Below, in pieces: positions 44,758 to 57,394 of a stretch of 64,000 nt of DNA (position 1 is the stretch's first letter; each line of letters opens with the position of its first letter). The position numbers and the translations under genes are program-made. The stretch is from positions 1 to 64,000 of the forward strand of contig NIVC01001704.1 of assembly GCA_002269645.1 (NCBI GenBank), read 5' to 3'. Source of the DNA: Macrostomum lignano (taxonomy: Eukaryota). The notes under the pieces are model-generated. The model made no database searches. It was not told the DNA's origin and was given only the letters and a program-made list of their open reading frames with translations.

Positions 44758-45755
44758 TCAATGTGTCACGTGCCAGATCCTGAAGCATGGATCTGGACAG
44801 AGACCAGGATTTCCGGGACATGACTGCAGCAAAATACTGTCTTCTTAGCTGGAACGTCAGGTTTAAAAGAGCACATTCGGCATCGTTTGCTTGGGCGAGC
44901 CTGGGCTTCCGTTGCTGGGAGTCTCATTGGTGAATGAATGAATTGAATGGTTGGCCTGCATCCGGGCTGGAACCTGAGTCGGTGGCCGAGCGCGTCCCGG
45001 TCGTGAGTCGCGGATAAGCGTCTTGATGCTATTCTCTAGGAAAGTTAAAAAATTGGCTGTCCCACCACATTTCTTGTACAGCGTCCAAGAGTTTCGTCCA
45101 AGCGTGAGAATCAGGTGAAACGCGACTTTCTGGAACCATTTGTAGGACTTACGATACGTAGATATTCCGATACATGACGTCTGTGGACCAGTAGTGGCGT
45201 GTGGTCGGCTTGCTGTTGATGCCCATGAAGGGCACCATGCCCAGAAACTTTTTCATCTCGGCCACACAGCATGGTTTAAGAGCAGACACTCCAGCAGGCA
45301 ACTCTTCCTCGCCAGTTTCTGCTCTCTCCTGCTGGAACTCCCTGACTGCCAACCACATTCGCTCATTGATCCATGTGACAAGACTGGTGAGAAACTCTTC
45401 AGTCAGTGAGATAGATAAAAATATCAAATATTGATATAAAAATGATATAAAAAAATACCTTCTGTCATACCTTCGTCTGAATTTTCTGGTAGATCGATGC
45501 TTGGATTGATGGTCAAAAACCCTCGGAATTCCGGCACCCCGTCGTGGTCAAACGAGTTGTCATTTCCAGGGGCTACTTCAGCCCATTCCGCGGTCGCCTC
45601 ATCTTGGCTCTGATCAAATTCTGGATCCATGCTGTCCGGCTCCGTTTCTGGAACGGCCAGTCATCGCTTGATAAAGCGTCTTCCGAATCGGAATCCAATC
45701 CCAGTCTGCGCAAGGCGTCACTTTTAGCTGTCCTTTTCGGGCGCGTAGAAGCCAT
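44758..45755 (-). pseudogene. piggyBac-like transposase with the catalytic core deleted
   Basis: Acidic N-terminus, then EMKKFLGMVPFMG...HYWST fused near 45150 to KWFQKVAFHL...NSWTLY and a Cys-rich tail C..C...GLCPDPCFRIWH. Confidence 0.82.
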
Positions 45756-46061
45756 TTGTGGGTAGGAAGGCTTGAACAGGAGCTAGCAGAAGAACTCTGT
45801 GATATACTTTACTTCTGGGCTTTTAGGGTGTGCACCCGATTCAGCAAAAAAGAAATTTGTCTATAGACTGCTCTGCAAAAGGCCTTTGGGCTTTTAAGCG
45901 ATCTTACAGAACCAAGCTTGGGCGCGAAGTAACATTTGTTACTGTGGTAACTTGGCCTGCGTGCGCGTCGGGGGTGGGTGCTGGGTTTAAGTTTTTTTAT
46001 GTCTCTCACTCTCGCTGAATGTACTTTGCTAGCGCGGGGTGGAGATTAGGGTGAGTCAGGC

Positions 46062-46681
46062 GGGAGCACGAGAAATGCCCGCAGATGAATTGCCCGCCGA
46101 GATTTGCCCGCAGGAGATTTGCCCGTGGAGATTTGCCCGCCGAGCTTTTCCCGCGGAGATTTGCCCGCAGTGCATTTTGCCCGTGAGCGAATTGCCCGTG
46201 GAGATTTGCCCGCCGAGAATTGCCCGCCGAGATTTGCCCGCAGTGCAATTTTCCCGCGAGTGAATTGCCCGCGAGCGAATTGCCCGCCGAGTTTTTTCCC
46301 GCCGAGGTTTGCCTGCAATGCTTTTTTGCAGCGCATTTGGCAGCTAGATTCTGTCTACATTGCTCCCCCCAAAATATGCATTTGATATGCAGTTACTATC
46401 AAAACGTTTTGATCGTGTAAATCTCTTTATTGAGATTAACACGTACAAAGCATTGGGAAGGCAATGCAGACAAAATCTGACGCGTGGCTAAATGCGCTGC
46501 AGGAAAAAAGCATTGCGGGCAAACCTCGGCGGGAAAAAACTCGGCGGGCAATTCACTCGCGGGAAAATTGCACTGCGGGCAAATCTCGGCGGGCAATTCT
46601 CGGCGGGCAAATCTCCACGGGCAAATCTCCTGCGGGCAAATCTCGGCGGGCAATACGTCTGCGGGCAATTCTCATGGACCC
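46062..46681. mobile_element. Mutator-like MITE: long TIRs built of TTGCCCGC repeats, GGG...CCC ends, 9-bp TSD
   Basis: GAGTCAGGC at 46053-46061 and 46682-46690; the arms are reverse complements. Confidence 0.85.
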
Positions 46682-47072
46682 GAGTCAGGCGATCAATAAT
46701 AAAACAGTTCAGTATAAAGCTGGCTTTTCTGCCTGCAATGTTGTTTACGCTTTTGTGCCACGATAAAGTTTTTACTTGACTTTATTGTAGATACATTCAC
46801 TCGGATCCACTCAATGGGCAAGCTGCAAGAATTTCTGGCACCTCTTGAGCAACAATTTTCACGGCAATCAATATTTTTTCAATGTGGACGTTAACGACCT
46901 CCACACGTGCTTTTGCGAGCTTCACGGCTTAAGCGAGCCTTCCGCTAAGGCAAGCTGGCAAGAATGCTTTGCCTCTGCTGTCTCCTTCAATGTCAGCTTG
47001 CCTTCCGTCGAAAAATATTAAGAAAAGCTAAAAATATTCCCAAGATATCAGGATCTTGGATTGAGACTTCAA

Positions 47073-47381
47073 AGCTGGGAGTGAGATGGGAGAGCTGGGA
47101 GTGAGATGGGAGGTGCTGGGAGTGAGATGGGAGAGCTGGGAGTGAGATGGGAGGTGCTGGGAGTGAGATGGGAGAGCTGGGAGTGAGATGGGAGGTGCTG
47201 GGAGTGAGATGGGAGAGCTGGGAGTGAGATGGGAGGTGCTGGGAGTGAGATGGGAGAGCTGGGAGTGAGATGGGAGGTGCTGGGAGTGAGATGGGAGAGC
47301 TGGGAGTGAGATGGGAGGTGCTGGGAGTGAGATGGGAGAGCTGGGAGTGAGATGGGAGGTGCTGGGAGTGAGATGGGAGAG
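47073..47381. repeat. Purine-rich minisatellite with alternating 20/21-bp units (GCTGGGAGTGAGATGGGAG)
   Basis: Direct inspection. Confidence 0.95.
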
Positions 47382-47823
47382 AACTCAGATCAGGGTCTGA
47401 GATGAAGTGTCCTGTGGTGAGGCTGAAGTGATGGGGTAAGATCTAAATTTACTAATTCTTGGTGACAGGTAGAAATCACAGAAATCGTGTTACGGGATCG
47501 TTAATTCTTGCTTTTAGTAGCAGTCCAAAAGCTTTTAGTCCAAAAGCTTCTAGTAGCAGTAACGATTCAATATGCTTACACTTCTGTGATGGATGCGGAA
47601 AGTTTGACAGCAAATATAGTTATTAGAGTTTGCAATGAGGTCCATCGGATTAAAGGCTAAAATGTTCTTCAGGACTGTGCGACAACTCGGGAGTGCGGGA
47701 ACTGTGCGTGTTAACTATGCCACTCATCCAGCTGCATCGCACGCGCGTCTCAAAGAAAGTTTCCTAAAGTCAGAAAATCGACTGCTGCGTGGCAAAGGTT
47801 TTTATAATTAGTTTGTCTTCCAA

Positions 47824-48777
47824 TCAGTCGCACACGCGGGCCAGTCCTGCCAGCTGCTCAGCGCTCAGCTTCCCCTGAGCGATGCCGAAGCAGACGATGG
47901 TCCCCGACAGACAGTCATCGTCGCGGTAAGACGAGTAGCCCAGCCGGATCACCGAGTCCACGGCTTGTCCGCTGAATGTCGAGCTGACGAAGTCGTAAAC
48001 CCGGCCATTCAGAAAAGCGAAGGCGCCTGTGACGTTGCTGGCGGCCACGCCCAGGAAGAAGCCGCTGGGATCGGCATCCGTCTGCATGAACTTCGAAGTC
48101 GAGATAAAACGCTTGCCCAGTTGAGTGTACCTGAAGATCAAGTCTTCGTTGGTCTCGTAAATATCGCACAAATTCTGATCCAGCTCAGAGGTGATCTTCA
48201 TGTACACCGTCTTGGACTTGTAGGGCCGTCGCACCTTCATGAAGAAGCTCACTGCTCTCTCTCCTTTGCGATCGATGAGCGCCGTGAGACCTCCCGGGAT
48301 GCTCAGCTTCAGGTATGACGTCATCCTCCCAGCAAAGTGCAGTCCGCTCAAGTCTCTCGTCACGTCGAAGGCCTCGGAGCTGATGCTTGCGATGCCCGCC
48401 GCCTTCTCGAGCGACTCCCTGAAGTCGAAGAAGGCGAGGAGCTGCAGCAGGACGGGGGCCAGCGTGAGGCTGCTGCACTGGCCGAGTCCTCCCGATGTCG
48501 ACCAGAGCGACAGCTGTGAGAAGTCGGCAGCCAGAGAGCAGACGGAGTCTTTGAAGTGAGCCGCCTTGCACTTCGGCAGCCGCAGCGTGCACACTCGGAT
48601 GCACTGGAGCTGGCTGGGCAGCTGCAGGAGCTCCGCTGCTGCCGGGTTCGCAGTGGGAGGGCACAGCTGAGTCCACTGCCACCGCCACCGACTGGCGCAA
48701 GCGGGGTTCGAACCCCCGACCTGCTGCAGGGACAGGACCAGCAGGTTAAAAATGAACAGCACCAGCATGGTTGCCAT
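47824..48777 (-). CDS. Secreted protein: signal peptide, PAN/Apple-like Cys domain and LamG/ConA-like domain; copy 1
   Basis: Hydrophobic N-terminus, CIRVC.....CKAAHF....CSL, LHFAG..SYLKL and LSGTI......LSAEQLAGL; intronless 317 aa. Confidence 0.7.
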   Translation of the reverse strand: MATMLVLFIFNLLVLSLQQVGGSNPACASRWRWQWTQLCPPTANPAAAELLQLPSQLQCIRVCTLRLPKCKAAHFKDSVCSLAADFSQLSLWSTSGGLGQCSSLTLAPVLLQLLAFFDFRESLEKAAGIASISSEAFDVTRDLSGLHFAGRMTSYLKLSIPGGLTALIDRKGERAVSFFMKVRRPYKSKTVYMKITSELDQNLCDIYETNEDLIFRYTQLGKRFISTSKFMQTDADPSGFFLGVAASNVTGAFAFLNGRVYDFVSSTFSGQAVDSVIRLGYSSYRDDDCLSGTIVCFGIAQGKLSAEQLAGLARVCD

Positions 48778-51351
48778 GTTATCGTGAATTGAATCTGTCT
48801 GAACTCGGATTCGGAGAAGAAAAGTTGTTGAAGAGAATAGTTGCTATATGCTGTTTTTTAACTCTTTTCCAGGGTGTGATAGAATTGTTGGTCTCTGATT
48901 GGCTGCTTCTCCGGTGGGTAGTTATTTTCTCATAACAGTCACGGCCAGTCTCTTTATTCTACCGGTATACGCTATACATGTTTGAGCATAAAGTTGATTT
49001 GCTGCGAATCAATACTACATGTCTTCTCTAATACCTGGTGTAAGCTTCCTTCGTGTCAGTTAAATTTTGTATCTATACACGTAGGTACTGTTACTGTAGA
49101 TAATTTTCATACTCATAATTTATTCACTTCCGTTGCACGAATGTATTCCGACAGTGGCACAGGCGATCGCTTTTTGGTGAAAGCCCGGAGGACCTAGCTG
49201 ATTTTCACCTAAATACAGGCCACTCCAAAGAACTTAAAAAGTGTATTAAATTCGTGAATAAAGATGAGCGCGCTCGCATGACCAATTCATCTGCGATCTC
49301 GGCAACCAAGGTTGTCATCGCGGCAAGGACCACAAAGCTCTGAGCTTCAAACAAGCCGTAGCAGAAGCAGAGGCACATATTCAAGCCTGCCTAAGAGTCA
49401 AATAATGAAGTCGGCACCCAAGACGGAAAGTGGTTCAGTTCTGAAGGTGGAGCTTTTAAACACCCAAGTACTTCCAACTAAGAATCCAGTCAGACATCAA
49501 CTACAGAGACTACTTCTCGGGAGTCGCACCAACACGATGCCAGTTGCAAAATCTCGCAGGTAAAGTCGCTAGCTGCTAGTCGCTAGCTGCTACACTAGCT
49601 GCTACATGTAGATTTCTTATTTGAGTTTCACATCTGGATCAGTATTTGCTTCAAATAAAGAAGCCAAACATGGTTTAGATAGAGAAAACTGAATCTAACG
49701 TAACATGGATGTCAACTGCAGTATTCAGATCACATTCTACACAAAGTAAATTTAGAGTAAAGAGACTGACAAATGCCTGCCTGGAGAAAAGGTTAATATC
49801 CTATATAATTTTTACAGGAAGTAAAATGACTAGTCTAAATTTAAGAAAGCGCTGCAAAGTTTGCATGTTTATAGTTTGTTTGATTTTATTTCGCGAAAGC
49901 GAGACTTTGCAGGAACTTGAGGTGGGGGCGGAGAAAAGAAAAATATGGAAGTGGTCGGTTGATGATATCAATGAGGTGGGGCGGTTTTAAACTTTGAATT
50001 TCCGCAGGCGTTGAGTTCGCACGAATAATTCCAGAATGTCGCGCAGACAAATCTCAACGAAATTTCTCCTGTTTTCGGGGTCCTCAATTCCGGGGGGAGG
50101 GTAGTGTAGTCGTTGTCGTAGTCGAGCGGTCGTTTAGCAGCAGGCACGGTCGTTCAACTGGTGGCACTGAAGTTTTGGCACCGAAAAATAATGTGCGTCG
50201 ATTTGCTTGACTGATTACTTTCAGTAGGGTAGAGCTGCCACCACCATACATGTAATTTTTTACGTATTACGGAACGTTGAAGTCTCAGAGCTTTCTTTGA
50301 GATGAGAACTTTCGTTGTTTTACACCCCACGGGCGCAAATAACTCAATATAGGCTACGGCTTTATTTGATCAACGAATAAATATTGATAATGGCTTAGTT
50401 ATCGTTATTATTAGTTACTTGAGATGGATTAAATACAGCCGGGGTTTACTTAATAAATTAGTTATTATTACGACTGAGACTTGATTCGGGGCGCCGAGGC
50501 ACTAAACAGCAAAATAAACTAAATCGAAACTAAATTAAGGGTTAGCCGCAAGTAGTAGCAAAAGAAGATAAAAGTAAACGGAATGAAACTAAGTAGGTCA
50601 CAAAGGTAACCAAACGGAAAGGATTACGCAAGGAGAAAGAAAACAAAGGAGAAAACACAAGCATGAAACGAGCAGGCGAAAAATGAGGGGTTAAATAATG
50701 CTCAAAGAACAGTCCAAACAGAAGAGCATGCGTTGGACAGGGGACTGGACACACAAGAACAAAGAATAGACAACATGGTAAGGACACCGGAAAGGAGCGC
50801 AAAAAATAACAAATTCCAGGAGGGGGGCGTTACGGGCCAGAAAGAGGAAAAACGAGACCAACGCGGGGCATGCAATTTGGGGCCAGGCAACGGAAAATTA
50901 TGACGAAGCTAGCCCGACAATGGGCAAAAATAAAAATATAGAAGAGCTCTGAAGTTGAGGCTGAAAGCAAGTCAAGTGGTTGTTATAACTAATCGGCAAG
51001 AGAGAAAAGATGAATCGTATCCTTCATTCTTGAACAAGGCGCTTGATCTTGCAAACTGCTATTCCAGGTTTTAGATTGGGTTCTCCTTGAACGAACCCTC
51101 CGGGCCAAGGCCGCCACTGTCTGGGATGGTCTGGCTGGCTCAAGGCCCTGACACAGTTCTGGCCCAGATCTGTGCAAAAAGCATTTTGGGTTCCAAATAA
51201 TCTGGAATCCAGAAAGCCTAGACTAGACTTCAGGCAAGTTGTAAGGGCATGGTTCTGTCAGTAATTCAAATCTCTATTAGGCTTCTCAAAGTTCCGATTC
51301 CAGAACTAGGAATGGATCGAAGCCTTGCATTTGGCTTGGTCCAGATCTGAA

Positions 51352-51720
51352 ACTGTGTGCTCTGTTCTGGAACTGTGTGCTCTGTTCTGGAACTGTGTGC
51401 TCTGTTCTGGAACTGTGTGCTCTGTTCTGGAACTGTGTGCTCTGTTCTGGAACTGTGTGCTCTGTTCTGGAACTGCTGCTCTGTTCTGGAACTGTGTGCT
51501 CTGTTCTGGAACTGTGTGCTCTGTTCTGGAACTGTGTGCTCTGTTCTGGAACTGTGTGCTCTGTTCTGGAACTGTGTGCTCTGTTCTGGAACTGTGTGCT
51601 CTGTTCTGGAACTGTGTGCTCTGTTCTGGAACTGTGTGCTCTGTTCTGGAACTGTGTGCTCTGTTCTGGAACTGTGTGCTCTGTTCTGGAACTGTGTGCT
51701 CTGTTCTGGAACTGTGCTCT
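51352..51720. repeat. 20-bp minisatellite, copy 2
   Basis: Same unit as at 40187. Confidence 0.97.
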
Positions 51721-52534
51721 GTCAAGACTTGCTTAGGAATTTTTCAAAAGGCCTCGGAACAAGCGACAACACTTCGATCGATTGAAATCAGCCTTCAAGC
51801 CTGGCATGCAGATGCAGGCCTGTTTCTCAAGCACACGGAGTCAGAGGTAGAAGGCATCGGTCTACGAGCGTAGGTTCAATTTTACCCTCTGCGTTTACTT
51901 TTCCATTCGTTTACTGACAGACTAACCAGCAGCCGCTGCCTCCCTTGCCAACCAGCGATTGGAAATCAAGTAGGCCGAACAGGGGCTCGCACTAACCATA
52001 CGGAAGTTCGGCCATTTCATTTTCGCCAAGACACGGAAGCCTCATCCGGCAGCGGGACAGGCGAGAGATGGGCGGCAGTGGATTGACTAGCGGAGTTCGC
52101 GCGGCTATTCAATCGCAAAAGAAAGATTTAGGGAGAGAGAGGGGGGGGGCGCACGGAGGAGATGCAAAGATAACTTTTCAGGGAGCTAAATTTGGACGAG
52201 TGAAAGTACTGCAGCCGTCGCGCCGAAGGGGAGGGCAGTTTCCAGTTTCCAGTGTTTCCGAGACTCGATGGGGCAGTTAGGAATTCGGACAGCGGGGCTG
52301 GGGGCACTAGAGAGGCAGGGAGGTTGCCGAAGCCTCTGCCGAGGCGGCAAGTGCTTTCCCGAATTCCGAATTCTGCGCCCGGCCGGCCGCCCCCAGTTAA
52401 GCCTTCAGACAGCCGGTCAGCGAGGGCCACTCGGCCAGAACCCATAAAAGACGGCCAAAGATCAGCAGAGCCGGACACAGACCAGAGGCATTCAGAGCTA
52501 CTATGCGAGTGCACTTTGACTCGACGAACCCTGG

Positions 52535-53035
52535 ATGCCCGCGATCGAAACTTCTGCCGGCTCGCCACAGCCGCAGTCGACCACGCCGCAGCCGCAGCCT
52601 CTGCAGCTTCAGCTGCACCAGATGCCGAAGACTTCCAGCGCGCTGGCTGTCGGGGCCGGGTGGCCAGTTTGGGCGGCGCACCTGCTTGTTGTGGTCGCCT
52701 GCTTCGCCCTGCTGTGCGTCAGCTTCGCAGCCTACCATCGAAAGCAGCTGCGGGTGGCTGCGGCCAAGCGGCACCGGCTAGCGATGCGCGGCCGGCCGAA
52801 ACTGCGTATGATGTCCAGCGTGTCCGGCTGCGCGACCTTCGGCTCCGACGGCAACGGAGGCCACCCGAACGCCTGCGGCTGTCCGCTGCGGCTCAGCGCC
52901 GACATGGGCGTCCCGTTTGGCGGCTCGCTCGGTGGCGCCGGCTTCGCGGCGGACTCCGGCAAGCGCAAGGGTGGCGGCATGCTGATGTTCGACTTCCGCC
53001 GGCAGTCGGGCAGGGGCGGCCCGAGCGCGATGTGA
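52535..53035 (+). CDS. Putative single-pass membrane protein, copy 2
   Basis: One amino-acid difference (T/P) from copy 1. Confidence 0.55.
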   Translation: MPAIETSAGSPQPQSTTPQPQPLQLQLHQMPKTSSALAVGAGWPVWAAHLLVVVACFALLCVSFAAYHRKQLRVAAAKRHRLAMRGRPKLRMMSSVSGCATFGSDGNGGHPNACGCPLRLSADMGVPFGGSLGGAGFAADSGKRKGGGMLMFDFRRQSGRGGPSAM

Positions 53036-53182
53036 CGGGCGTGACTGCGCCGGAAGCCTCTGGCCACATTGTCCCATTGTAATTCCTCACTATAAATTCT
53101 GCCTTTAATGCTCTGCTATGCAGCTTGAAGTCTCGTTTGTTTCAATTCAGTGAACAGCGTTGAATTGCGTGCTTTATTTGCG

Positions 53183-53448
<266 letters not shown>

Positions 53449-56068
53449 GTTCCTCTGGATAAAAGCGCTTACCGCGCCCATTGGCTTTCCAGCTGCCTTA
53501 ATCGTTTCCGGTGATCTTGTGTGCGTGCTTTCAGCTTGATTGGCTGCGGCAAGTCATCATCATCACAATATACTAAATCTCTAATCACAATATACTAAAT
53601 CTCTAAGGTTTGTCTGTCTGTCTGACCGGTATTCCATAAATCTCTAAGGTTTGTCTGTCTGTCTGACCGGTATTCCAGTCTACAGCCTGAATGCCTGAAC
53701 CGATTTTTTTCAAACTTGCTTTATTCAATTGCAAATTCTTGTGAGATTGTGTGGATCTAATTGCATTGAAAAATTCGAATGAGAAGTTGGTTAAATATTC
53801 GAAAAACGAGTTTTCCCAATGCTTTCAATGGGCGGCTAGAAAAGGTCAAAATCTCACTAACTGAATTTCAATTCCATTAAGATTGCGCCACAACTTTTCT
53901 CTGTTCACTGTGTACGCCTCAATACTGGCTGCAATAAGGGAGAGGAAAATAATGCTCAGTGGCGGCGTGTGTACATTTTTCTCTGGCAGACTGCATAGAC
54001 AGTTGCTATTTATAGATTTCACTCAACTGTGCATTGGCTCTGCCTGCATACAACCTGTGCACACTGAGCAGCCTATCACTGCTATGTATTTGACTGCAGT
54101 GCCGAAGCATATATGGCTGATTTTTGCGCCCTCCGATGTTAATGTTGATGCTGATGCTGATGCTGATGCTGATGCTGATGCTGATGTTAATAAAAGTTTT
54201 AGACGGCAAAGTGGATAACTGCTGCTAAGAGTATTACTGCAGCCTGTTTTGCGGGATTAAAAGGGATAGCTAATTTCAGGTTGTTGTGGGGATAACTGCC
54301 GATTTCTGGGGGGAGGCTGAGAAAGGTTAACTTCGAACTGCTGGAGTTGGTGAACTTTTTGAATAGTATAAGGATTTTTTGACCATCTGTCAATAGGCAG
54401 CCTAGCTATGCCTGTTACTATAGAAGGCAATAACAGGCATAGGCTAAGCAGAAAGTCGGCAGTTCGAGTCTGCATTGAAGCAGCGAATTTATCTTTGTGA
54501 CCTGTGAGAATAATCATTGTCATGCAGGTATTAAAAATTTAAATTTAAAGATACTTTTGCTGGGGCTGCGTTAAGCTTCTAGAGCAGTGCTAATCAGTGA
54601 GCCGTACAATGCAGTCATAGGCTGCTAAATTGCAGACGATGCTGCTAAGCAGCTAAACTCCTGAAGGTATTGCTAAATGCTGAGTTGCGCAAGACTGGCG
54701 ATATGTATCGAAAATTGATTAGTGAGCCGTAGTAAATGCTGAGCAAATTTTTAAATCATTCAGGGGCCAGCTGAGAGAACTGCAGACTGCTAAGGGGATA
54801 AATGAGAATTATTAAGGAAACACTTGCTGACTGCAAATGAATTGACTGCAGACTGCTGAGGGGAACAGCAGATTGTTGAAGGGATCATTGCAGACTGCAA
54901 AGGGGACAAACTGCAAACTGCTGACGTTAGTTAGTTTCTCGAGACTTATGAGCGTATAAGCTGCAAACTGCTGAGGGGATAGCTGCAGACTGCTAGGATA
55001 ATAATGGCAGACTTCTGAGGAGGATATCTAACTGTGAATAGTTTTAGCTTGCTGTGGGGACAATTCTGGGTCCTTGAGGGATAAATGAATAATAATAATA
55101 AAAGTTGTAGAGTACAAATGAGTTGTACGACTGCAGTCTGTTTTGCGGAATTAGAAGGGATAATTTCAGGTTGTTTTGGGGATAACTGCCGATTTCTGGG
55201 GAGGGTTTAACTTTAAACTTCTGAGGCGATAATAGTAGTCGCCTTTTAGCAGTTTGGGAGTGGTGCTAATCTGGGGAGCGGTGCTGATTTAAGGGAGTGG
55301 GGGCTAATCTGGGGAGCGGTGCTGATTTAAGGGAGTGGGGGCTAATCTGCTGGATTAGGGCTAATCTGAGGGATTGGGGCTAATCTGGGGGATTGGGGCT
55401 AATCTAGAAGAAGTAGCGATGCGAATTTTTGCGGAGTGGTGCGAATCTGGAGAAGTAGTGCTAATCTGGGGAGGTGAAACTATCTGGGAAGCGGCGGTAA
55501 TCTGTGGAGCAGTGCTAATCTGGGGGAAGTGGGGCTAATTTGGTGGTGTAGGGCTAATGTGGGAGAATAGTGCTAATCTGGTGAGGATTTGAAAATAACT
55601 AATAATCATAAAAGAACTATAAATGAATTGACATTGCAAAGTTTCAAACATTAAGAAATGTAACTTTTTAGAACTTTTTAGCTCTCAGTAAAATTGGTGT
55701 ACAACTGCTTAGAGATTTGCTACTGCAGAACTGCTTGGAGATTAGTGTGATTTGCTCAGCGACTGTGCAAAACTGCTTATAGACAAGCGCTAAATTGCTA
55801 AGAAGCCACCCGGAGGGGGGCAAAATGGCTAGTCTACTATCTATAGCCAGGACCTGCACCGGAGCGGTTACGAAAATTAGATTTCTCGGTAGTTGCACGT
55901 ACTCTTTTGCACTACTTGAGTAGTCTGATTTTCGTTCGGCATGGCTGGTTGCAGCAGGTAGTTCCTCTGGATAAAAGCGCTTACCGCGCCCATTGGCTTT
56001 CCAGCTGCCTTAATCGTTTCCGGTGATCTTGTGTGCGTGCTTTCAGCTTGATTGGCTGCGGCAAGCAA

Positions 56069-56387
56069 CTGCTTAGCAACAGGTGGCACCAGCTGACTGT
56101 GGACACGCTGTTGCAAATTTCTCTAGTTTCGCAGATCAAGCCTCGACAGTGGGCAAACCTTAACTGCTGGACATCCTCAGCTGGTCTCTCAAGCATTTCG
56201 TCGGCATCCCAGGTCAACTTCGGGTGGAAAACGGATTGAAAGTGCTAGACCACTGGGCTACGCCCCCCCCCCCACGTTCGCGAATGTACCAGCAATAAAC
56301 CTACGAGCGATAAACCTACCAACAATAAACCTACTTTTAATAAGTGCTGACACGTGCCTCGCTTCGCTCGCTCTTTCTCGCTATCTA

Positions 56388-56436
<49 letters not shown>

Positions 56437-56461
56437 CATCTATCTATCTATCTATCTATCG

Positions 56462-56493
<32 letters not shown>

Positions 56494-57129
56494 GTGCTTT
56501 ACTCAGCCAGCGAATATAATGGTCCAGGCTTACAGACAGAATAGCCCCCTTCCATTAAAGGAGTTTCCCATGGAATGGTCTTGGCTCTTGCTAATGTATA
56601 GGCAAACAGAAGACATCTAAAATACCGCTTCCAGTTAATGTAGAAAAAACTGAAAAATCCAGGAAACCAGGGCATTTTTCGACTCTGAGATCAGAGATTG
56701 CGTGCTTCTTCGAGGGGAACTGCTTCGGATCAGTCGATCAGAGGATTGCTGTGTCATCCTTTGCATGACGAGAAGAGAGAAAACAATATAATAAAGTTAC
56801 CTACTGTTCCTTTATTACCAATAATTTAATTTTAAACTTAAGGCACGTGTCAGCACTTATTAAAAGTAGGTTTATTGTTGGTAGGTTTATCGCTCGTAGG
56901 TTTATTGCTGGTACATTCGCGAACGTGGGGGAGGGCGTAGCCCAGTGGTCTAGCACTTTCAATCCGTTTTCCACCCGAAGTTGACCTGGGATGCCGACGA
57001 AATGCTTGAGAGACCAGCTGAGGATGTCCAGCAGTTAAGGTTTGCCCACTGTCGAGGCTTGATCTGCGAAACTAGAGAAATTTGCAACAGCGTGTCCACA
57101 GTCACCTGGTGCCACCTGTTGCTAAGCAG
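56069..57129. repeat. Inverted repeat, arms 56069-56359 and 56841-57129, containing a tRNA-like head; spacer contains (TATC)n
   Basis: The arms are near-perfect reverse complements. Confidence 0.9.
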
Positions 57130-57394
57130 CTGCGATGATTAACGGCTGCGCCGTTCTATAGAAGCATTTTGACGAGATCATAAGCTGGCGGGCAGAAATC
57201 GGGACATGGAATCGTTAATTCTTGCTAAGCTTAGAAACTTGGTAAAAGTAACGAGTCGATGAACCTAAAGTTTACTTTGTAACGGATGCGGAAAGTTCGA
57301 CAGCGATGCGATGAGGTCCTACAGTCAGTAAATCGACTGCTACCAGTCAGAGCAACATGTATATGTTTCTTTTAGCAGAGGCATATACGGAAAA

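Noticed and set aside
46006-46779. Cluster of overlapping ORFs
   Set aside because: Artefacts of the MITE's internal repeats.
56500-56790. Possible Penelope GIY-YIG remnant (related sequence at about 43630-43740)
   Set aside because: Only faint motifs (RHLKYRF, SAIGNH) amid stops; too degraded to call.
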